A program made the position numbers and the translations under genes. The notes under the pieces were generated by a model. That model made no database searches and was not told where the DNA came from. It saw only the letters and a program-made list of their open reading frames with translations. Below, in pieces: positions 23,151 through 32,054 of a DNA stretch of 32,054 bases. Position 1 is the first letter of the stretch, and each line of letters begins with the position of its first letter. Source of the DNA: Fonticula alba ATCC 38817 (lineage: Eukaryota > Protista > Nucleariida); NCBI GenBank assembly GCA_000388065.2, contig KB932213.1; one strand, 5' to 3'.

Positions 23151-26100
23151 ATGTGTATGTGTACCCGCCCTCTCCGTGTACCTCTCCTCGTGGGCAGCTC
23201 AAGGACCGAATCGTGCGCATGCAAGACCCATCCACGGCCGTGGACCGCATGCTGACGGCCGGGGCAGCCACCTACACCCGCGCGGCCACCCTCCCGGCGG
23301 CCGGGGCCGGGTCACTTGCCGACATGAGCATCACCGAGCGCCTGGAGCGACAGCAGCAGGTGCGCTTCCCCCCCTGGCGAATGGCCCCCCTCCCCCCGCC
23401 CCCCTTCCCCTTGTCATCCTCGCGTGCGGCCGCCTCGTACTAACGCATGCGTGCGCGCGGCCACCGGTTTGGCCACGTACACACACACACATACACGCAT
23501 CCCTTCGCATCGCTCTCCGCTCTGCTCCGCTTGCCAGGTGGATCGGCAAATCCGCGAGGAGCGTGACCGGCTTCGCCAGCGGGCCTCCGTGGCCAGCCTG
23601 GTCGATCACTCACAGGCATTCTTCCGCTCGCATGCGTCCTCCTCCCGGCGACTATCCATGTACGTGCCCTGCCCTGCGGCCTGCTTGTCCCGGGTGTGCG
23701 GGTCCCCCCTCGGGGCGGCCCGCCCCCGCCCTCCCCCCCTGTGTGACACTCTGACCGCTGTCCGCCCTCCCGGGTCTCTTCCTCTCGCCATCTCGGCGTC
23801 CCCGACTCCCTCTTTCTTCGTCCCCCCCCCCCCCCCCCCCCGGCACGCAGGCTCGGGCGGTCGGTGGTCCAGTTCCATGCGACGCAGCAGCGCGACGAGG
23901 AGCGCCGGCAGGACCGCGTACGCCGCGACATGGTCCGCTTCTTGAAGTACGTCTCCGCATGCTGGCGCTGCATTGCGCGCCTGGCCCTGTTCTCTCGGCT
24001 CCTTGTGCTGGCGTGATGCTGACCCGGTCCGCAGGGAAAACAACGAGGCGGAGTTCCGTGCGCTGGTCCGGTCGGCCAAGAACGCGCGTGTGTCCTACCT
24101 GCTGGAGCAGACGGATCTCTTCCTGGAGAACCTGCGCGGCAAGGTCCTCGAGCAGAAGCAGGCCATCTCCACCGGCGGCCTGAGCGGGTCCACCTCGCAG
24201 GTCTTCGGCCAGACGACGCCGGCGGGGGATGCCGCCACGGCCGACGTGGCCCCGGCCGAGGGGGGCACCGATGACTTTTACCAAATCGCACACTCCATCC
24301 TGGAGCCGATCACCGAGCAGCCGGGCATCCTGGTGGGCGGCCAACTGAAGGAGTACCAAATCAAGGGTGCGTCGGGGTGCGGCCCCCCTCCCCCCTTCCC
24401 CCCCCCCCGCCCCGAACCCGGGCAGGGGGCAGGGCGCCGCCATGCCGTCCTTTTGCCAACATTTGCCTCACCTGCCCGGCGGGCATTCTCACATCCGCCT
24501 TCGTGCCGGTGTCGGGCACGCGCACGCCAGGCCTCCAATGGATGGTGTCGCTCTACAACAACAACCTCAATGGCATCCTGGCCGATGAGATGGGCCTCGG
24601 CAAGACCATCCAAACGATCTCCCTCATTTCGTACCTCATGGAGAAGAAGAACCTCATGGGGCCGTACCTGATTTTGGCCCCCCTGTCCACCCTGAGCAAC
24701 TGGCGGCTTGAGTTCGACCGGTGGCTGCCGTCGGCCAACCTGGTGCGTTGGCGCCACCCTGTGGCTTGAGTGCACATTTGGCATCGATGCGTGCCTGACT
24801 GACACTGGGTGCGGCCTTCTGTGGCTCCTCGCTGGCGGTGTGCATGTTCATGTGCATACACGTGTATGGACATGCGCATGTCCATCGGCATGTGTGTGCA
24901 TGCGCATGTCCATCTGCATGTGTGTGCATGCGCATGTCCATCTGCATGTGTGTACATGCACACACACACACACAAACGCCCACGACCGACGTAGATTGTG
25001 TACATGGGCGGGCGCGACGTGCGCCGCCAGCACCACGCCGCCATCCGCAGCGGGGACTTCCACGTCCTGCTGACCACCTATGAGTATGTCATCCGAGATG
25101 TGGGGATCCTGTCGCGGCCGCGCTGGTCGTACATGATCATCGACGAGGGCCACCGGATCAAGTCCCGGTCATCCAAGCTGAATGTCACCCTGGCCAAGCA
25201 TTACCCGGCGCCGCACCGGCTGCTGCTGACCGGCACGCCGCTGCAAAATAACCTGCCGGAGCTTTGGGCGCTGTTGAATTTCCTGCTGCCGGTGGTCTTC
25301 GGGTCGCTGTCCTCCTTCGATGAGTGGTTCAATGCGCCGTTCTCCGGGCACCCGTCGGCCGCGGCCACCGGGGCCACGGCCGGCCTGTCGAGTTCGGCAC
25401 TGGCCGTGGCGCGCGGCGAGAAGCTCGAGCTTTCCGAAGAGGAGTCGCTGCTGGTCATCCGCCGGCTGCACAAAATCCTGGAGCCCTTCATGTTGCGGCG
25501 GCTGAAGAAGGATGTTGAGCTTGCCCTGCCGGACAAGGTGGAGCGCATTGTCCGCTGTGGCATGAGTGGCATCCAGCAGATGCTCTACCGCGTCATGAAG
25601 AAGAGCGGGTGCGTAAAAGCAGTCGAGTGTGTTGGTGTGCGGGCGCCGGGTCCCGCTTCTGTTGCTGACATGCCCTTTGATCTCTCCCTCTCTCCCCCTC
25701 TCTCTCTTCATTGTTTTGTCCTTCTCTCTGTGTATTTTTATCTGTCTGTCTATCTTTTCCCCTTGCGCTGTCTGTCTCCCTTGCCTCTCCCCTGCGCTGT
25801 CTATCTCCCTTGCCTCTCCCTTGCGCTGTCTGTCNNNNNNNNNNGGGGGGGGGGGGGGGAAAGACCGGTAGGCTCGTGAGATCGCCGGCGGCTCGCCTGT
25901 TCGCTCGCTCGTGTTGGGTCGCTTGTCCGCCGCCCTCGTCGCGCCGTTCGCGGTCTCCCCCCGGCTGCGGGCTTCTTATCTGCCCCGCAGCCGGGGCGTC
26001 GGAGATGGGGGCACGCCCCGCGGCAACCGAGGCCGGGGCGAGCGCCATGGCGTGCTTCTTCCTCGGGCCGGGCGGGGGCAGGTGTTTGTTCTTCGGGTGC

Positions 26101-29100
26101 GGGCGGTCCGGTTCGGACGGGGGGGGGGGGGGAAGGCAGGACGTCACGCATGATATCACTCATGCGTGTGTGCCCGGGCGAGCCCCGGGGCCGGAGGCGC
26201 GGTCCCCTTTTCCGGAGCAATGTGAAACCCCGGCCGATGGGGCGGCGTATCCGCGCCCCAGAGCGCGCCGGTCCCTCCGCGCCGCGGCCTGGGGCTGCCC
26301 ACGAACGGCCGGACTCCGGCAGCCGCTGCCGGCGGTGGCATCATCTTGCGCGCGAGGGCGCCCCCGGGGCCGGGGGGATGTATCACCGGCAACACCGGCC
26401 CCGCATCACTCCCGGCATCACACACCCTGCCCAGGGGTGGCATTCCTCGGCCCGGGGACGCCGGCGGTCGCCCGTGTGACTCGCCCTGTGTGGTGGAAGC
26501 ACGCGGGCGCGCGCGCGCGCGCGCCGGCCAGAGCCGGCAGAGACGCACGGGGGAGGGGCGGGGAATGCCGGGCGCACCGCGCCGCGGCCCCCGGCCCCTG
26601 GGGCCATCGGGCCCCATCTCGTCCGGGGCCGGGGCGTGGCGCGGCGTCCTTGTGTGCCCCAAAGGGGCCGCGCGCATGCGCGTTCGCTCGATGCCCGGGG
26701 CGGGCCGGCGGCGGCGGCCAACGAAGGCGCAGGCCGGCGTGCCGTGTCCGGGCCGGGGCCCGCGCTCACCACGGCAGGCCCATGTCCCCCAGGGTCAGAA
26801 GAGGGCGCCCGAGGGGAGGGGCCCACGGTCCGGGGCGCGTCTGGCGGCGGGGTTGTGGGGCAGGGCCGGTCCCGAGAGCGGGTGGCCTGCGGCGCGCGCC
26901 CCTGCCCGCGCCCGGCCGTTACTTTTGCCGGCATCCGTCTCCTTTGAGTGCACAAGGGGGGGGGGGGGGGATGCGGTTGCGGCGTTCCGCGCCGCCCCTT
27001 CCGGCCGTCCCCCCCTCCCGGTCCCGTCCCCCCCCCCTCCCGGTCCCGTCCCGGCGCATTCGAGGCCGGGCAGGGCGAGAGGCCCAGGCCGGGCTCCGGC
27101 GTGCGTGCTCGCCATCGCCGGGGGTGGCCGGCTCCCCCGCCGCCGGCGGCCGGTGGGGCGGGGCCGCGGTTCCCACAGTTGGTGTCCGTGGCCCCGGCGC
27201 GGCGCCGGGCGGGCATGGCGGCCGGGCGGCCGGGCGGCGGGGCCGGCCACCGGCGCTCGCGTGCGCCCCCCCCCCCCCCCCAAGTCACCCCCGGGCCAGC
27301 CAGGCCGGGCCAGCCAGGCCGGGCGCCGGGGCCGCCGCGGTTGTTGGTGCCCCTTCGGCGCCGCCGCGCGGTTGTTGCGAATTTCATATTCACAGCCCCC
27401 GGCCCCGGCCAGGCCTTTTCGCTGGGCCTTGGGGGGAGGGAGGGGGGGGGGATGCCGACGGCGCGCCGGGACCCGGCGCATGGCCGGCCCCCTGCGCCAC
27501 CTGCTCGCGACTAGTTCCGGCCGGGCGCGGCTAGAGCCCTCGCCCCCGGATGGGGCGGTGGGGCGGGCGCTGGCGCCCGCGCAGGAGGGGCACGTTGCCC
27601 CGGGGAGGCCCGCAGGGAGAGAAGCCCCACACGGCGCGCGGGGGCCGGTCAGATGCCCCGGGCCCGACGCAGCAGGGCCCGGGGCGGATCTCCCCCCCCC
27701 CCCCCTCCCCCTCCGACGGTCTCCCGGCCGGCCGGCCGGCGGTGGCTTCCTTGGGAGCCCGGCCCCGAGCTCGGAGATCGGCCGCCACGCTGCGACACGC
27801 CCAGGCCGGCCTGCTGCCCTGGGGGCTTCTCTGCCGGAGGCGGATTCTTTCGCGCTTTCTCCGTCCTCTCTCCCACTCTCCCGGGGGCGCACTCACGCGC
27901 CGGCGAGGGACCGGCCCCTCGCCCGGGGGAAGCTTCTCGCGCACTTTGCCCGCTCCCCCACGCCCCGGGCCCCGGGTCGCCCCCCCCCCGGTCCGGCAGT
28001 TTCGCCGGCTCTCCCCAGCCCAACAGTGGCCCAGCGCGCCTCTTCATGAGCGCCCACAGCCGGGGCTGCCCGGCGTGCCGGCCGCCCGCACCCACTCTCG
28101 AGGCCGACTCCTCCCCAGCTCCCCCGCTTGCCCCCCCCCCTCCCCCCTTCTCTCCCTCTCCCCTCCCCGCTCCCCTGTCGATTGCCCCCCCCCCCCTCCC
28201 CCTCTCTCCCTCCCCCTCTATCCATCTCCCTCTCTCCCTCTCTCGCTCTCCCTCTCCCTTGGTCTCGTGCCCATGGCGGGGGAAAAGGTCCCTATCCCTG
28301 AACGCAGCAACCTCGGGCGGAGACAATCCTGATGGCACGCCCTCCCGGCCGCACGTCTACCAGAACCTCATCATGCAGCTGCGCAAGATGTCCAATCACC
28401 CGTTCCTCTTCGACGAGGTCATCGACCAAATTGGCGGGCTCGACAGCCCGGAGGACCCGGCCGGCACGTACGCCGAGCGCCTGGTCCGTGTGTCGGGCAA
28501 GCTGGACCTGTTGGATGTACGTCCCCCCGCCGGTGGGCCCCTCCTTCCTCTGCCCGGGCATTCCCTTCCTGTCCGCCCTGCGCCCTGTCCTGCCCTGCTT
28601 CGACGGACAGTCCAAGGGACCTGCCCTGGGTATGGCCATGATCTGGGTCCATTGCTCACAGTCCCGTGCCACTTCTTTCCTCATCTCGCTCATGGCCGCA
28701 ATGTGGTGCCCGCCTAGCGCATGCTCCCCAAGCTCCGGGCCGCCGGGCACAAGACCCTCATCTTCTTCCAGTCGACCAGCATGATGGACATTGTGGAGCA
28801 GTACCTTCAGCAGCGGGCCTTCCAGTTCCTGCGCCTGCAAGGGAACACCAAGTGTACGTGCTCCGGCTGTGGGCGCCATTTTCCCTGCCGCAGACTGGCT
28901 ACCATGGACGCATACACACACACACACACAGACACTCCCTATCTGACTCATGTCCGATCGTCTCTTCTCCAATGGCAGCCGAGGAGCGCCACGATGCTGT
29001 CCGACTGTGGAACGCCCCGGACAGCCCGTACTTCGTGTTCATGCTGACCACGCGTGCCGGTGGGCTTGGCCTGAACTTGCAGACCTCCTCCACGGTCATT

Positions 29101-31394
29101 CTCTTCGAGTCCGACTGGAATCCCTTTGCCGATCTCCAGGCCCAGGATCGGTACGTCGTGCCGCTCTGCTTTCCTGCGCCTTCGCCCCCCCCCCCCCCTC
29201 GAGCACAATGCCTCTCCTCTCGCCAGACGCACGCATGCGCACACGCACACGTGCATGCACACGCACACACGCACATGTACACCTCTTTCTGACAGCCTTG
29301 TTCCCCCCCCCCACCCCCCACCCCTCCCCCCCCGGCCCACCCTCGGCAAAGTGCTCACCGTATCGGGCAGAAGCAGGAAGTCCGCGTCTTCCGGCTGATC
29401 ACCGCCGACTCGATTGAGGAATTCGTCCTGGAGCGGGCCCAGTACAAGCTGAACGTCGATGCCAAGGTCATCCAGGCCGGCAAGTTCGACCAGAAGTCCA
29501 GCCACCGCGACCGCGACTCCATGTTGAAGGAGCTGCTGGCCATGGACCGTGGCGAGGACGATGACGATGCCTCGCTGTCGGTGCGTGGATATGTGCCTCA
29601 GAGTGTCCCCCCCCCCCCTGAATTCCAGTCCGGCATTGCGCTGGTGTGCTGACATTTGTCCCCCGGTACAGATCATCGACGACGAGGAGCTCAACGAGCA
29701 GCTGGCCCGCAATGAAGCGGAGCTGGAGCTGTACTCGCGCATTGACCGCGAGCGCGACCAAGACCGGGCGGCATCCTTCCGTAACACACGGCGTGCCCCA
29801 CTGCCGCGGTGCGCCTGCCGTGCTCCTGGCTTTGTTCCCTTCCCCAGCCGCCCTCGCGCGACTTCCCGCCGGCTTTCCGTCCGAAGCGAGGCCACACGCT
29901 GACATTGACTCGCCCCCCTGTCTCCCCCCCCCCTCCTCCCGGATCCCCAGGCTGATGGAGGTGTCGGAGCTGCCGAAGGCCGTGGTGGACAATCTGACCC
30001 GGTCGCTGACCGATGCACCGGAGCTGACGCCCCAGCAGAAGTTGGAGAAACTGGAGAGCACCGGGCGCGGCCGGCGGCGGCCAACCGCCGTGCGTGTCCT
30101 GCCGGGCCTGCATGTGTTTTTTTTGTGCGCATGTTCGTGGCTGATACTGACACGTCCCCCCCCCCCTCCTGATGCGGTCCTCGCCGTGCTTGCGGCTGCC
30201 GGGCCTGTAGGTGCGCACCTATTCCGAGGACATCCTCTCCGAGACGGAGTACCTGGACGCCGTGGAGCAGGGCCGAGACATTGAGGAGGTCATCGAGGAG
30301 AAGTTGCAGCGGCTACGTCGGCGGGCGGAGCGGAGCGCATCGCGCCTGGCCGAGTCCGGCGGCGCATCGGACTCCGACTTGGCGGTGCCCGAGGAGCCGG
30401 TGCCGGCGGCCGCTGTCACCGCGGCCGCGGCCGGCTCTCCCCCGGCCAAGGTGCGTTGCGATGTGCCTTTGTGTCTTTTTTTTTCCCCCCCCCGGCGGGC
30501 TGCTTCTCTTTTGTGCGTTGGTTCCCGGGGGCCCCTTTGCCCCCGGAGAGGGGGCGCTTTTCGCTGACCCGGGCCGGCTGTGCGGCTTTCCTTCAGCGTC
30601 TTCGCATTTCCAGTGGCGGCGCATCGCCGGTCATGGTGTCGGTGGTGCAAAGCGCTGGCGCGGGGTCGACGCGTGCCCCGGCGGCAGGGTCCAGGGCGCC
30701 GCCGTCGCCGGCGGCCAAGAGGCCGGCCAGGGCGGCGTCTCCCCCGGCGGCCAAGAAGCCGGCCAAGGCGCCGCCCGGGCCGCGCAAGTCCACCGCCACC
30801 GGCCGGCGCAAGGCCGCCAAGGGTGCCGTGCCGCTCGGGCCCGATGACCCGCCGCCGCCGCCGCCGGCCAATGCCATCGCCGGGTTGCAGCTGGATCGCG
30901 GGTATTCCGGCGCGTTGGGGTTCACGTTGGAGCTGTTCCGTGCCATGGGGTCGCTTCCCTCGCGGGAGGAGCCCTTCCGCGAGGCGGCGGCGCTCTTCCA
31001 CAACCTGCCCAACCGGTCGCTCTATCCGGATTACTACACCATCATCGCGGAGCCCATTTCGATGACGATCATCAGCCGGCGCCTCATCAGCGGGTACTAC
31101 CTGACCGATCGGGCGTCGCTGGCCGCCGAGCCGGACCCCGTGGTGCTGGGCCTGGCGCCGGGGGCCGAGTCGGCCGAGCTGGCCGCCTCGTCGCGCATTT
31201 GGCGCGGTCTCTTCCGGGACATGGGGCTGCTGTTGAAGAATGCCCGGACCTACAACACGGAGGAGAGCCAGGTGGTGGCCGACGCGCGGACGCTGTATGG
31301 GCATTTCGTGACGGCTTTCCGCAGGCGGTATGGCCTGCCCGATGAGGCGGTCGGGAGTGCGCCGCTGGTGCCGCCGCCGGCCAGGGGGGGCTAG
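22597..31394 (+). CDS. SNF2: SWI/SNF-family chromatin-remodelling ATPase (Snf2/Sth1/BRM type: QLQ, HSA, SNF2_N, Helicase_C, SnAC, bromodomain), about 1349 aa, 15 exons
   Basis: Exons 22597-23028, 23198-23359, 23538-23659, 23851-23946, 24035-24366, 24531-24742, 24995-25608, 28288-28516, 28718-28853, 28979-29150, 29352-29580, 29672-29808, 29951-30089, 30211-30450, 30597-31394 = 4050 nt with consistent phases. Motifs: QLRAQILAF (QLQ), LLEQTDLFL (post-HSA), [95 protein letters not shown] (SnAC), YPDYY..I..P and NARTYN (bromodomain). The start could extend into the gap at 22481-22570. Confidence 0.95.
24871..24954. repeat. 28-bp tandem repeat x3 in SNF2 intron 6
   Basis: CATGCGCATGTCCATC(G/T)GCATGTGTGT(G/A) at 24871, 24899 and 24927. 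Confidence 0.9.
25609..28287 (+). other. Unusually long SNF2 intron 7 (2679 nt nominal, contains a 10-N gap)
   Basis: Donor GG|GTGCGT after MKKS, acceptor AAAG|G in matching phase 2. The other fully sequenced introns in the window are 88-434 nt. Confidence 0.65.
25760..25834. repeat. 29-bp CT-rich tandem repeat running into the assembly gap
   Basis: CCCTTGCGCTGTCTGTCTCCCTTGCCTCT at 25760-25788, a variant at 25789-25817, and a third copy cut by Ns at 25835. Confidence 0.85.
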
Positions 31395-31563
31395 CCATCA
31401 TGGTGGGGCTGGGGTCTGCGCGTGTTGTATGCATGTGCATTGCTTGTCCCCATGCCCTGTGCCTGGGCCCTCGGTGCCGGGCGCGTGCATGGTGCCACAC
31501 CCTCCGTCGCCTGGGGGCCGCCGCCACGCGTGTTTGAGCATGCATGTTGGCATGTGTGCGTGA

Positions 31564-31584
31564 ATGTATGTATGTATGTATGTA

Positions 31585-31628
<44 letters not shown>
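31564..31628. repeat. (TATG)n+(TG)n compound microsatellite downstream of SNF2
   Basis: Read directly. Similar (TG)/(CA)/(GA) microsatellites occur near 3717, 6183, 16843, 21459, 21797 and 23116. Confidence 0.9.
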
Positions 31629-31632
<4 letters not shown>

Positions 31633-32054
31633 GACGCGCGGCCGCACGGCACACACGTTTGGCCTCTGCCTTTCTGGTTGGCGCCCCTCGCTTCTCCCCT
31701 CCCCCCGCCGTGCCTCCCCATGGGCGCCGGCCCGTTGTTTGCCCTCCCTGCTGGAGCGGGGTGGGAGGGGCGGCCCTCCAGCACGCGCGCGCGCGATGTG
31801 CGGCGGGGGCAATACACACCCACCACTTGCGAGAGCGGTGCCTGGTGTTCTCACGCACGGCCCGGGCGGGTGTTATCACAATGGCAATTCATCGCTGGGC
31901 CGGCACGTGCGGGCGCGCTCTATGGTCACACGACTGATGCGCTCGCGCTCACGTGCTGTCCGGACGGCGTGTCGGGATTTTGCCCAGCATCGCGCCCTGC
32001 CGCGTGCGCATGCATCTGTTCTCGCTTCCCTCGCCGCCGCCCCCCCCCCCCCCC

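Noticed and set aside
6855-25834. Tandem repeats considered as CRISPR-like arrays
   Set aside because: Units are head-to-tail with no unique spacers, some are in-frame coding, the context is eukaryotic and there are no cas genes.
28306-28308. CAG acceptor at 28306-28307 as the start of SNF2 exon 8
   Set aside because: It needs phase 1 but the upstream donor at 25609 is phase 2; the AAG at 28285-28287 is the first AG after the pyrimidine tract and keeps the frame. It would only work if an extra exon lies in the gap.
283-30153. Numerous long overlapping or antisense ORFs (e.g. 283-2133 minus, 8000-9343 plus, 20294-21769 plus, 25711-27534 plus, 28948-30153 minus)
   Set aside because: Stop-poor GC-rich DNA and antisense shadows of real genes. 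Translations are P/R/G/A-rich or CVCV microsatellite peptides with no recognisable domains.
6265-31394. Apparent chromatin/replication gene cluster (KANSL1-like, TIPIN, SNF2)
   Set aside because: They are interleaved with unrelated housekeeping genes and such genes are common in eukaryotes. No evidence of co-regulation beyond the TIPIN-SNF2 divergent pair; synteny data would be needed.

Overview
A very GC-rich, intron-containing eukaryotic genomic window with five N-gaps (1367-1617, 4553-4704, 11999-12161, 22481-22570, 25835-25844). It is not prokaryotic or viral: I see no CRISPR array, recognisable transposase, rRNA or tRNA. By hand-splicing I can support six protein genes: a protist/early-fungal-type NAMPT (+, 948-3664, middle exon(s) lost in a gap), prefoldin subunit 4 (+, 4796-5663), a ~1850-aa low-complexity protein with KANSL1/MSL1-like motifs including a PEHE domain (-, 6265-11826 or longer), elongation factor 1-beta (-, 17145-18467), a Tipin/Swi3/Csm3 homologue (-, 20333-21457) and a 15-exon Snf2/Sth1/BRM-type SWI/SNF ATPase (+, 22597-31394). 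The gene set and splice signals suggest a unicellular opisthokont, possibly Fonticula-like (inference only, not tested). The most notable signals are: a near-invariant GTRCGY splice donor (C at +4 in 24 of 25 introns), C-run-rich 3' intron ends with often distant CTGAC branch points, a candidate non-animal NSL-complex scaffold, and an anomalous 2.7-kb intron inside the Snf2 ATPase. Most ORF-track entries are shadow or low-complexity ORFs caused by high GC.
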